Shown here: piece by piece, positions 51,205 through 63,737 of the stretch
How the letters are laid out: each line of letters begins with the position of its first letter
Position numbering within the stretch: the first letter of the stretch is position 1
From: Leptogorgia sarmentosa
Taxonomy: Eukaryota
Length of the DNA stretch: 64,000 nt
Direction: 5' to 3'
NCBI GenBank assembly: GCA_964658305.1
Contig: OZ210885.1
Span: 3,100,001 to 3,164,000, forward strand
Position numbers and translations under genes: made by a program
The notes under the pieces: generated by a model
Databases searched by the model: none
What the model saw: only the letters and a program-made list of their open reading frames with translations
What the model was told of the DNA's origin: nothing

Positions 51205-54200
51205 TTATCCTGCGCATAGAAATATGTCCAAACCTATTTCATGCATATGAGCCGGGAAAAAAACATAACCATAGGTTATACTTGGGGAATGTGTGTTACC
51301 AGAAAAGCTTACCACATGTGCAGCGGAGTTTTTGTACACTACTTCATATCTTGGCGAGCTAGAGGTTTGATCTGTTCGAAGAGCTTCAATACTACTCGCG
51401 TCCGTTGCCATAAGTATCGCATACTCATAGCTTTCTGACAAAGGGTCTACACCGTGATCTAACGAAACTGTGGCATACCTGGCGTTTGTCGGTTTTTTAC
51501 CGTCACTTGTCCTCGAAAGTTGCAAACTAATCGAGATATTTACCAACGAATCTTTTGGAATATAATATCCGTTAGCATTCGTATCCAATATGGCAGCGGA
51601 ATCATTAATCAGTTGAGAAAAGTTGTTGCTGAGCCATCGTGTAACACCATTGACTTAGATAGAAGAAATTTCTGAAAAATATTTATCTTGGAATAAAGTA
51701 GTTTGAGTTCGCCTTGGCTGACTATTTTCCACATGAATGTCACTGCCAAGACAAACTATCAAAGAATTGTAGAAGAATATTGATTTTTTAAACTTGAAAT
51801 GTATTGCTTGTTGGAGGTAAATATTGTTGGTCGAAGCTCCTTCACTGAAGTCTTCTTCATCCTACAGTGAGATAGTGAAAGTATAATATTTGGTAATTCA
51901 AACTAATTCAGACATCCTATAGTTCAGACATCGAACGTTCCATGTGATTAAACTTATGTTAATGGCATTAGTTCGTTGTTTGAGCTCATTCGCTTTAGTT
52001 TAGGTACAATGAACAGTTTGGCGTCTGAACTGGAATGGAACTGAAAAATATAAAGATAAAAGACAGTATGCTATCAAGTTTGCAAACGATCGCACGAAAT
52101 AAATTTTTGAATTGAAAAAAGAAGCACCAAAAAGTGAAGCAAACAAAGGTTCGAGAAAAACTATATGAGTACCACAAAACTTTTTAAACTTTTTCTTAGC
52201 GATGAAATCATTCTGTCACGATATGTTTAGGAACAAATGGCTGTATTGAGAAAGCAAATTTCTCCTAAGCTCACAATTATTTCTGAAGCACTTTAATTAA
52301 CACAGGTACGCTAAGCATTGAGGAATCATGGCAACGATAACGAGGTTTAGATTTGACTTCAACTACTGCTACCGCCACCTTTCAATCACCTATTGCGCTA
52401 ACCGGATACGCATATGATTGGTTCATGTTCCCTTAATGGTAGCGGCAGTGGTAGTGGAAGTCAAATCTGAACCCCGCTAATCTTACACAAAGAAACCATT
52501 TTTTTGTGCTTGCAGATTATTACTAATATTACTAATATTAGCCATTAGAATAAGACACGCTTGAGTGTACTTACATGTTCTGGTATACAAATATATCCTG
52601 TTCCTTTCCTGAGAGATTTCGTGTGATTAGTAGAACCATACAAAGGTCGACGAAAGTCCATTGCAAACACACCATTTGTCGTGGTTGGATCATCGCTCGT
52701 TAATAACACCCCACCAACCAGCTTTGACTGTTGATAATTTCTTGCTGTGGTTCCAAGCTGCATTTCATCCAAGCTTAACCTTATTGCCGTAGTTCCTGGT
52801 ACTCTTGTCCAATCCCAACCGTGTTCAATGTCGTAAGCCTTTAAGCTTTCTTCGCTGTTCGAAATTTGCAAAGCACCATGGGATTGATATAAACCGTAAA
52901 CGTTTTCGGTGGTAGACCTCTCGTAGTCCCAAACATAGCGACTGAATCCCTTTACGGTGACAACCCAATGTTTACGACGGTGTATTGATAACGCAGCAAA
53001 ATTGTGGACCCAGTGGCCTTTTTGTGATTCCGCTGGCTGTATTTGAGCCTTCTTTGCTTTCTCGTAAACGGCATGAAGTATTTGTACTGTGCCTATGGTA
53101 ACAAACAATTCTTGCATCATATTATGTAACCCTCCACTACGTAAGTACATTTTTACTTCGGGATTCTTAGGGTTGTATAGTCGCAGAAATACTCCAATCA
53201 TTTCCGTGTCGTTTCCCAGCACTACTTGCTGAAGTTGTCCAGTATTGGTAAAGTTTTGTGGTTCAATCGAAAAGAAAGCATAAGCTTGAAGCATAACAAT
53301 CAGAGTCCCATTCGAGTAACTGGGGAAGCGACCAGAAATTGAATTTGGTAGAGAATATAGCGGGGACAGCCGTTCGTAGGATAATAAACTTCCGCGAATA
53401 TTTGCTTTCGAGGATGCATCAAGGGAAAACGCAGTACCACGAAGAACATGCCATATCGTTGATAACGTAATGAATGCCCCAGGAGTATATTCAGGTCCAT
53501 AGACTCCTAAATGGGGGAAGCATGATAGATCGGGTTTGAACATGGGAAGAAATGCCGGATGGGATAATATTGCATTATTACACCAGCGCACATACGCAGC
53601 CATGTCTCGTAATTTAGCTCTCTTTTCATGAACCGTGTCACCGCCGCTCATTAAAATAATCTTTAAGCGTTAGAGAATCATGTTACGCAGTTTGTCGGCT
53701 GTTGTGCCGCTGTGTTCAAACCTGTGTTGATATATTTCACCCATATTGGTGTACCATCTCATTATTTTCAGGATCTGATCGAGTTTTCCAGCTTTGGCAA
53801 GCTCATCTCTTAGCAAAAACATAGAATTCATATACCCAGTTCCTGCTTTGTTCATTTCGTGATCTAAAGATCCCATCGCACTCCCCTCGGTCCAGCCTTG
53901 ATCTGTAATGTATTCCAAAAGCAATATTATAGTGCGCAGTTTCTTTTCTTTAAGATTATTTAAACTTTGCCGAAAAACAACTGGAGTTAGTGGTGTTTTG
54001 AAACTTTTCATCTCAGACAGTAAAAATTTAGAATACTCCACGTCGTAATTCGATATTCGTTTTACTGCAAGTTTTCTTCGAAAAAGGCTGTTAATGTTGG
54101 CTAACTCGCTCCAGATTGTATTAGTTTGTGTTTTCGTAGAGAAGTAATATTCTAATACAAGTGGAAAAAGGACATCAAACGTGACATCTCCTAATTTTTT

Positions 54201-56099
54201 GTTCCGACCAACGGTTTCGAGAAGAGGTTTTCCAAATTGCGAGTTTCTTGCGAACAAAGGGGAACCGTTGATGACACCATCTTGGGTCACCGTTATACTT
54301 AAATAATTTAGATTACGTCTTGCATTTTGAAAACCACGAAATAAATATTTCCACCGTCCTAAGACGTTTCCTTTGAATTCCATTGGTGCGATGCTTTCAT
54401 TTGCAAACCAATTCACCAGGCGTTTTTCTATCAGGTATAAATCACTCAATTGTTGCATTTCCTTTTTCGAAAGTGGTCTGGTTCCATTGACTTTCGGTGG
54501 ATTTATTAGGCTCCATCTATACGTCTGTTGCCATGTAAATGTTATATCGTAAATGTCGCCGTTGATTGGAGGGATAATTTGATCACGTGATTGCCTCCTC
54601 ACATTTAGATCGAAGACAAACAGATCCATAAAAAATATTTTAGTACGTAGTGTGCGAGTGGGGGCTGTAAATTTGATTTCATCATAACCAATTTTATCGT
54701 GATTTGCTGAGTTTGCCTCGCGCAGTGCGACCCAAGCAGAGCGCCAACCAGTGAAACATAATGAAAAGTTAAACTGAAGGACAACTGATGTAGCGATAGA
54801 TAAAGTGGAATCAACGAGCGACACACTTAGATTGGCTGCAAGCAAACTTTCGTTTTGGTAGATCCAAAATTTTATACCGGCACGTCCACCCACCAAACGC
54901 CGTCCCAACTTCAATTTCAGTTCGTCACCAGGTCCCCATTGCCACATGAGCGAGTGAAATCCATCTTTGTAGTATTTTGATGAAGTCATTATACTGGATG
55001 TATTTGAAGTAAAGGTGAAGTAGCACAACTCAGAGGGATTTTCAAAGGACAATATGTCTGGCACGGCATGAATATCAGGATCTAAATGCAGAGAAATGCG
55101 AAAACTAGAAAACAATGGACGGATTGCCTAATCGTAATAACAGCGTTAAAGAGCATCCCGAAGTTATTAGAAATGCAAAGTTTGGGAGCGAAATGTTTTA
55201 AAATGTGCAAGATATGACCCTTAAGGTTTGCAATTTTTGTATATTTTGGTATTACGCACGGCAAATTGATACCCCTGTCGAGAAAAGGGTTTCAATAGTA
55301 CTACTTCGAACTTTTTAAAAAGTTTGTCTATTAGGCACTCGGTCCATTGTACTTCAGTTCATCGCTTGGAATAACCTGAAACTGCGATTAATCATTCGAT
55401 ATTTTTTCATTCCAATGGCCACATATATTAAAAAGCATTTAGAAAATTCACACAATTGTGGGGCACTGCATACATGTGATTAAGTCTCAAACATGAGAAG
55501 AGTTTTAATGTGGGAAAAAATTGTCCAAGAATGGCTTTTCAGTGATAAATTCGAAAGTATAACGGACAAGAATATGGGCTGTCGTATAGCTTGACCTGAG
55601 TAGCGGTCCTACTCGTGTTTCGAATAGAGTACAAAAAACGACCCTTTTCGAGTAGTTTGAAACAATCAGATACAAATTAGCTACGCTTACTCATTTCAGT
55701 AATTTTGAGCTAAACATGAATCCAGACCGGCTAATGGGACCGACTTTTTTCACTATTTTTAATAAAATCTGAATCAAGTTTTTGCGATTTCGTAAAGTTG
55801 CAGGTGTCAGCTTGTTACATATTAAGAGGATAATTTTTTCCATGTTGGGTATTTTCGAACATTAATTATGAAATTCATCAAGCTTTTTAAAAGTGTGTCT
55901 GCCGACTGAGAAACCTCAAAATTTGAAATTTATATTTCGACGAATTTGAGTTTTGAGCGCGAATACATGACATACAGAAAATTTTCGTCTTAATCTACTC
56001 ACTGTGTGGACACTTGGCGGGAACAACGTCGTTGGTTGAAGTGACGCTCATAACAGGTATGCACATCAGCAACAAAAACACTTTCCAAGACCATGACAT
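51205..56099 (-). pseudogene. Chondroitin sulfate ABC lyase-like (polysaccharide lyase family 8) gene with a signal peptide and two in-frame nonsense codons
   Basis: Exon 1 56003-56099 (MSWSWKVFLLLMCIPVMSVTS, donor GTGAGT), exon 2 52575-55081, exon 3 51205-51861. Motifs: FTGWRSAWV, DQGWTEGSAMG, KPDLSCFPHLGVYGPEY, ISGRFP, WDYE...NVYGLYQSHG, GWDWTRVPGTTAI, KKSIFFYNSLIVCLGSDI, TTLFQ, LDHG..P....YEYAI. In-frame TAA at 53670-53672 (NMIL*RLKIILM) and 51655-51657 (SSI*VNG). I saw no frameshift. Confidence 0.85.
52342..52475. mobile_element. Short hairpin element in the lyase intron (related sequence at ~2380-2515)
   Basis: GAGGTTTAGATTTGACTTCAACTACTGCTACCGC ... GCGGCAGTGGTAGTGGAAGTCAAATCTGAACCCC. 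Confidence 0.6.
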
Positions 56100-56455
56100 C
56101 GCCGTCTAGATGAAAAAACATAATATAATGTACTAAAATATTTGTTTTGTTTCAAACTTTCGACTTCTGGTCATCTTAGATGGGCTGAAATAAAGTTATC
56201 CCCGAGGCAAGGTGCGAGCGCCAGCGCGAAGCGCCGTCCGGGCATTGGCCTGGGGCGGGCGGACTAATTCCACACGGCTATTTACACCCGGATAATAGAC
56301 AGCATAACAGAGTCAGAAGTTCGTCAATTTGGCCGCCATTTTGGGTTACCGTATAAGCATAGTCTAAGGGTGGTCGTCACTGATGATTCAAAAATATGGC
56401 GGACAAATGATTCTACAAATTAAAAAAATGTCAATAGAACCAAAATAACAGCTGA

Positions 56456-56708
56456 CCCTTATGAAAAATACACATGTGTTTCACATGTGTTCCTCATGTG
56501 TTCCACATGTGGAATTGGAACAATCACATGTGATTCACATGTTATCCACATGTGAACCACATGTGAGCTGAAACACATGTAAAAACCCACATGTGAAACA
56601 CATGTGAATCCCATGTGCACATGGGAATCACATGTGAATAACATGTGATTGTTCCAATTCCACATGTGTTGTACATGTGGGTTTTTACATGTGTATTTTT
56701 CGTAAGGG
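56456..56708. mobile_element. Foldback MITE made of CACATGTG sub-repeats
   Basis: CCCTTATGAAAAATACACATGT ... ACATGTGTATTTTTCGTAAGGG, with GA on both sides (possible 2-bp TSD) and about 18 (CA)CATG(TG) motifs. Confidence 0.75.
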
Positions 56709-57851
56709 GATATTTTGCCTGTTAGCCCAACCAATCCGCACGCAATGACGTAACAAATGATGACAAATCGGTATCGTGCTGGCTGGATTCAAGTGTAGCT
56801 GCTATGTGTAACGGTAAACCATATGTGTGGCCAGTGTAGTAGGCAGCGGTGACAACATCAACACATACAGGTTCACTCACGGGCAAACGTCAGTCTATTC
56901 ATTACCAAAACGATACAATAAGTTTCGACGCTTCAAGTAAACTGTAAACCTGCGCCAGGAATCGAGGGCCGCTTTCTATAAGTATTTCAGTCCATTATTT
57001 ATTAGCTCGTGGAAAACTACGGACTGCCAGATTGGCAGCCAAGGCTTGTAACGAAACAAATATTTCCATCCATACATCTACAGAACTACAGTTTACTTTA
57101 CTCCTGTAGAACCCTGTTCTCGCCAAAGAATTTCGAAAAATTGTTATATTGCTTTGAATATTTAGTGTAATGGTCTAAACTTGTCACCGATGGCTATATA
57201 CTGCTATATACTGTTATAAAAAGTAGTAATAATGCGGCAAAGCGGGAGATATACAACACGAGCCATTTGTGTAAAGACAACATGTACTGAGTCCCAGTAA
57301 ACACAAGTTTGTAATGATTCTTTGAAGCTATGCCAGTGATAGCCTATAGTTGTGGAGCCTGTAAGCTTAGTATTAGTAAAATTGGTGGGCTGGAGAGGGT
57401 ATTTCTTAGCTTACAGACGATGTTACGTCGCGTAGCGCGAAGAGTCCGAAGCATAAACTCGTGTTCGGTGAGGGTCAAGGGGCTCAATATTCATGAGCCA
57501 AGCCAAGAGACGCTCAGCAATAACTACCCACCGTCTCCTTTTGTGCTCATCTCGGAAAAAAATGGAAAAAATAACGAAGCTATTCATTCCCTGGAAAATC
57601 CCAGGCCCCTAGCTCACTTCAAATTCAATTCGTCGAATCTTATTCTATCGTTTAGGTAGTGAGGAAAGCCCTTGTTGCTGTTTGATGTTGTGATCCGTTA
57701 CCTACACTGGCTACGCTTGCAGTTCGTTTGGACAACTCAGCCTGAGCAATCAAGTAACTGTATGACTACTTGAAGCGATTTGCAGCATGCGTCATGGCCT
57801 GCGCTGCAGACTTTAAAAACATGAGCCTGGCCAGTTGGGACACAATCAGAG

Positions 57852-58315
57852 TACCTTATTCGTACTTAATTTCGCGCGTACTTAATTTCGCGATTTTGTC
57901 GAAGCCATATTTAGCGAGACTTTATTTTCGCGATTTTGATGACCGAAAATAGAAAAAGGGCATTAATTTTCGCGAAATACAGATTTTAAAAACCATCATT
58001 TATTGAATTGAATTTTAACTTTTTTAAAAGTTAAAACAATTGTTAAAACAATTGAATTTTATTGAATTTTAACTTTTATTGAAATTTATATATGTCGATG
58101 TCGGTAAAACGATATGCGAGCTGTACATGTTGTTGTTGATCATATATATTGAGAAATTAATGATTTAACAATTCTAATTTTTTTACGAATGTATTTAATT
58201 TCGCGTGGTTAAATTTCGCGAGGATTTTTATTCGCGCGACTTTAATTTCGCGATTTTTTTTCAATCGCGAAAATCGCGAAATTAAAGTCACGCGAAATTA
58301 AGTACGAATAAGGTA
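57852..58315. mobile_element. Tc1/mariner-pogo-like MITE
   Basis: TIR TACCTTATTCGTACTTAATTTCGCG / CGCGAAATTAAGTACGAATAAGGTA with TA ends and repeated AATTTCGCG subterminal motifs. Confidence 0.82.
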
Positions 58316-59395
58316 TACGTAGGCACGTAGCGTGTTTGTTACAGGTTAGAATGCAGCTCAGTTTAAACACCACAAGCTAACGCACGCTAAAAGTGCACGA
58401 CATTTCAATAATTTTCAATAATTACGTACTTTGGGATTAAGGTTTCATGAATTTTAAATGTTTGCTAACCTTGTGATGTAGGGTCTTGTTTACCTCCTGA
58501 TCAACAGTCATATTTCGATCATTCGATGGCACTTTTTTGGTATTACTATGAAAATACGGAGCTGCCACAACGATACCCGTGCTTATTAACTAAAGCATCA
58601 GCACAGACAGATAACATAATTATGTAAACAATACTGAATGTCATATGATATACTTTGTTATTTGGGTACGGATTGTGGATTACGTATTACCATTACCATG
58701 TATAGTTATGGTCAGGGGGCGAAGCGTGACCCATTTGTGTGTGGGGTGTTGAATATTTTTGTTTTACCGAAGGGTTTCGTCGGGAATAGGGGGAGAAAGC
58801 CGAATCTCATGAGGCGCCGCTATGGTTGGTACCGAGCTAGGAAATTTTGAGCATTTAGAATCTCTACACTGCCGCGGAAACGACCATCTAAGTGCTTTAA
58901 TCTACAATCATGGAAATAATATTCGTAGACTTTTGACGATCCGTAATTTGTCTCACTATACAATGTGCAGTGGTATCACAATTCGTTCGTACAAACAAAC
59001 ATGATACATAGCATAACACTATCCACCATAATGCGGTGAAACTTGCATGTTTTTTAAATTTGAACGGTATGTGTGTAGCGAAACTCATTTCGATCGAATT
59101 CAAGTTCATTATATCTCTATGAATGTACTACTTTCCGCTCATCGTTCAATTTTCATATTCAGAATCACGAAATGTATTCTATTACTAAACCCTTTACTCA
59201 AAAGTTTTAATTAAGGTCACACAGTCGCTCTTGCTTGAACTTAACCACTCGAATCATTCAACATGTCAGCCTCCTCCGAAATTTCTTGAAATTCGATACA
59301 TTTTGCTTGTAACTACAGAATTGTTCACAAAATGAATGGGAGTATTTTCAGATTTTTTGCTTACGGTATTTTACGCTGAATGCCTTTGATACAGC

Positions 59396-59751
59396 CATGG
59401 GCGTACGGGCCGGGGGGGGGGCATGTTGTTCGGGAAAACATAACTCCATCATAGCTGATAAAATATTTAACTTTATCAGACAATATAACATGAATAATAC
59501 GATGAAAATCATCATCATCTAAAACATCCTATATAAAGTATTCTAATTCCAAAGCTCAAGTATTTCGGATCGAAAATATGTATTACATAACGAAAGAGGG
59601 ATAATATAACACCTCGAAAATGCCATTTCCGACGATCTAGAGATGTCTCCCAATGTCTGTCAGCTCCCCCATATCATGACGTTTCGCCGGTCATGTCGGG
59701 CAAACAATATTTTGCCCCCCTCCCAAACAAGATAGAGCCCGTACGCCCATG
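59396..59751. mobile_element. hAT-type MITE, same family as 17248-17719
   Basis: Same TIRs and internal sequence (TATTCTAATTCCAAAGCTCAAGTATTTC); perfect TSD GATACAGC. Confidence 0.88.
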
Positions 59752-61036
59752 GATACAGCTGGCCCCTGGAGTTAAATTAAGTAATGTTTTATTTGCAATT
59801 TCTTTTTATACTTAGGAATTCACAGGGATTTGAGGTATTGAACATTATTTACACTTTATGCGAACACGCCTTGCCTCACATTTTTTTGTTTGACTTTTTA
59901 GCGTCCAATATATCAATTCTCTCCTCTCTTGTGCATAATGGGAAAATGATTGATATCTTACATAAGGTTCGAAAATGGTATTTACTTTATCAATGTTGTG
60001 CAGCTAATGTTATTTATCTTCCGAATACCCACAACCTGCATATTTAAACTAATTTACTATGTTATTCAGCTGCGTAGCAGTTTAGTGCAGATCATCACGA
60101 ATCTGCACATGTTAATTTGAATGTTAATTTTACTGATGCTTTTGCGAATTTGGGAAGTTTACAATTTGGTAATTGTAAACGTAGCCTAAAAATAAATTCG
60201 TAGCCTAAAAGAAATAACAGAACTGATAAAACCTTAACTTATACAGCTGAAAAAAATATTTTTAGCTCATTGACATATTTACACAGGACCCACGTTTCGT
60301 TGCCAGCCTGTATGTATTGTAGCAGGGCCTGCAGCAAAATTCAAAACATGCTTGCAGGTACTAAAACAGATCATTTACAGCTGTTATTTTCGATAGAGTT
60401 TTGTCAGGAGGAGGAAACCTAAACAAAATTTTACTTGTACTGTATAGCTGAAACTGTTCTTCCTAACGCAGTCTTTATATTTTATTTAAGGAATCGAAAA
60501 CATTTTCCATGTTTTCATCGAGTTATGTAAACACGAGTGCAAGTTTGGGAGAACTCGAAATGTGGAATAATGGAAAGCGAGAAGCAGCGGGAAATAGTTG
60601 TGGTTTACATAATCTCACATCAACACGCCTGTCAGCCAATCACGCGCGCCCAGTCTTTTTCACTCACTTCCCGTTATTTTATAAATATAAATATCAACAA
60701 GCATTAAAAGTTCTACTCGCCGCCAAAAACAGATTTGACCGGCATTTTGAGCGTGTTTTCCCTCGACCTTCCACTCTAGGCCCAATTCTTCACAAAGCCA
60801 AACGGGAAATTCACCGCGAGCAGGGAATCTGCATGACGGTATATTAAGAAACGGCTCAAGCTTTTATTAAGATTTCGGTTAATCGATGAGTAATTAAAAA
60901 CCTGACAATTTTTTCAAGATGACAGATTAACATTCATGATGTCATAATATTATGATACGAAGATTATAAATAATCCAACTTCCCGCGATCTCATTCAGAA
61001 AGTAAAGTTTGGGCAATGAACGAGATCTTTCCAAAA

Positions 61037-63737
61037 ATGAAGTTTCTTTTGTTTTTACCGGTGATGCTGACAGTGGCCACTGCTTTGAGACCTTCAGAAG
61101 ACGGAAAGCTATGCACTCGGAGACATTTCAAAAAGACCAGTTCAGGTAATTATTTTTCCCAACTTATAGCTTGTATAAAGATTTTGCGCCTAGTTGTGTT
61201 TCCCTCATGATTGAACTGGGTTTGTGCTATTTAAATCAGAAACAATACAAAGATTTAAACAGAGATTGCATTTTGAATTGGATTCAATCTTGTATAACTG
61301 CCTTGTACTTGCTTATCGCATGCTTGAAACTTTGCTTAGACGACTAGAGTGTCCTCGTTTGCGTTCTAAGCGCATGCTTATAGCTAAATGACTTACATAC
61401 CTGGGGCGCAACTATGTATAGCGACAATATTTGTGTGCCTATGTATTGCCGTTAATCCTGTTCACAGACGATAAAAACAATCTAATCTAAGAGAAATTCA
61501 TCAGACAAAGTGCGACCGTATGAATATGAATGTAATGCATTCGAGAATTCGAATTCTACATTTCGAACGGGGCCGCATAGCCAGAGCGTATATTGGGCCT
61601 TATTGGGGAGGGTTGTGTTCTGTTCGATCCTAAAATAAGTGATTTCAAAAGGAATTTGTAGAGTAAACCATGCACAAACATATGAATATACACCCCCTAA
61701 TTACCATTCCAGCCGCAGCCCTAGCTGTTTTCGAAAAAAACCTCTTTTTCGTACAAATTCTCGACGAAAATACTCTACGACTGGAAACATCAAGTTCTCG
61801 TATTTTTATATTCAGCGCGTTCACTTTTGGATGTGTCGTACTATCCAACCTGCATACTGATAACGTATTGACGTTTCATACAACATTACTACTTTCGACT
61901 TTCAATTGGCTTTTTGACGCCTTCGTAGAACTTCGAACTGAGGTGATATTACACTATTACACAACTGCTTTTTTATTGTCTATTCCAATTACGAAGTTGT
62001 TGCAAAAATTTTAACGGAATCCTACATTTTATCTTGGGGATGAATTTTCTTATCATTTGGATAGAGACGATAAAGAATATTGTTTTTGTCTCAAGTGTTC
62101 ATACTTTTGTCATTCTTGCATGCAGAAATAATAATATAAAAATCACTTAATTACTGGGTGTGAAAATCTAATTATAAGGCTGATAAAATATACAGTATAG
62201 TGATATTGAGCCATTGAATTGGGCACATGCAAGAACAACACGTTGCGTGTTTGCACTGTAAGTCAAAAACAATGTTAAATTCACGACCTATTTATGGAAT
62301 TGCATCTTCACGTGACAGCGAAAAATTTTATTTTAGTTTTCCAGTCAGCGCCTTCCTATGTATTGTCGTTAGTTTTTTGTTGTTCATTTCTAAATTATTT
62401 TTATTAATTTTTTTCCTCAGCACGCTTTTTATTTTGTATGTTTTGAAGTCCTTGTGCGGAAATGTTAAATAGAATATGTTTGACAATAACACAAAATACA
62501 CTGAGAATATATGGACACAACGTCATTTATTTATGTGCAAGTTTGAGAATGCTAAAGCGAGCGTTCCACAGACGATACAATGCTTATTTAATATTTGGCC
62601 AAAACAGCAAACCGGTCGATAAAGTAAAGTTTTATAGAACTCGCAGATATTGTAAATGCGCGACTTGGTGTTCGGTTCAACAAACATTTACAGACACTAA
62701 TGGACGTCTGTGTTTCATATTGATTTTTGACCTTATTTGTCGTTTCAGACTGAAATCCTTGCACAATTGGGCGCTGGTGCATGTATGATAAGAGAAACTT
62801 AAGACTCATGATTTGTTGGTCGATAAACTAAAGTTTTGTACAACTCGCAGATCTTGTAATGTGCGACTTCGTATTCGGTTCACATTCATATGTGTTTCTT
62901 TTAATTTTTCTGACAGACTGAAATCCTTGCCCAACTGGGCGCGGGTGCATGTATGATAAGAGAAACAGTTTGGTCGTAAAATTCATCCAAAATAAATGTT
63001 CAGCTAAGCTAGAGCTGTGTGCATTACAAATGTTACAAATATATACTTTGAATACAGATATACTTAGTATATACTTTGCATAACTTGACGCAGGTGCATG
63101 CATAAATAAGACAAACTTAGACTAATGACCTGTCGGTCGTAAAATACATCCGAATTAAATGTTCAGCTAAGATACGTACATTATAAATAATTATTTTAAA
63201 TACTACATGTTTTAGACTGGAATGTACTTTGAACAACTGGGCAACTGACATGCGCAAATATGTCCATGCTAAAGCTCTATAAAACAGCTATATTTTAACC
63301 CTATTTTTATTTGATAGCTCTAAAACTTCATTTCCTACAGAGGCGCATACGTCTTCCATGAGTGTCAATTTCAACGCAATGTTGTGTTTTTTGACAGGAA
63401 ACCAAGCACTTCGCCCATCAAACTTGATCTCAAGTCACAACGTTGATCTTTTGGCAGAATGTCATCTTCATTGTGTAAATGCAAGCAATTGCTACGGTTA
63501 AAACTTCAGAGTCAGACCTAGCAGTATTTATACAACCAACTGCCAGTTGAGTAACAGCTCCGTGAAAATGAACATGACAAAGATGAGGAATGGAGCTTGG
63601 CATTTCTACGAGGATGTTTTGGTAAGAATAATATAACCAGCAAATGATCCTATATTCCACGAAAATTTGGCCTTCATTGAACTCATCGCTGAACAATTCT
63701 CTTACCGTAAATTTTGTCACCCTATAGGTTACCAAAG
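61037..63737 (+). pseudogene. Array copy 4 (partial, continues past the window end) with a premature stop in the PAN exon
   Basis: Exon 1 61037-61145 (MKFLLFLPVMLTVATALRPSEDGKLCTRRHFKKTSS), exon 2 63398-63621 and micro-exon 63728-63737. Exon 2 reads GGT TAA AAC (TAA at 63499-63501) where the paralogs read GGT TAT AAC. Confidence 0.72.
62615..63250 (+). repeat. Degenerate tandem repeats in intron 1 of copy 4
   Basis: AACTCGCAGAT...CAGACTGAAATCCTTGC...GGTGCATGTATGATAAGAGAAAC occurs twice, and AAATGTTCAGCTAAG occurs twice. Confidence 0.65.

Noticed and set aside
52545..55115. Bacterial contamination or a two-gene operon
   Set aside because: The two ORFs are one reading frame split by a TAA, and the gene has spliceosomal introns containing host-type repeats.
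51655..63501. Stop-codon reassignment or readthrough to explain three in-frame TAA codons
   Set aside because: TAA is the normal terminator of copies 1-3, and the 63499 TAA is a single-base change from the paralogs' TAT. Nonsense mutation or sequencing error is simpler.
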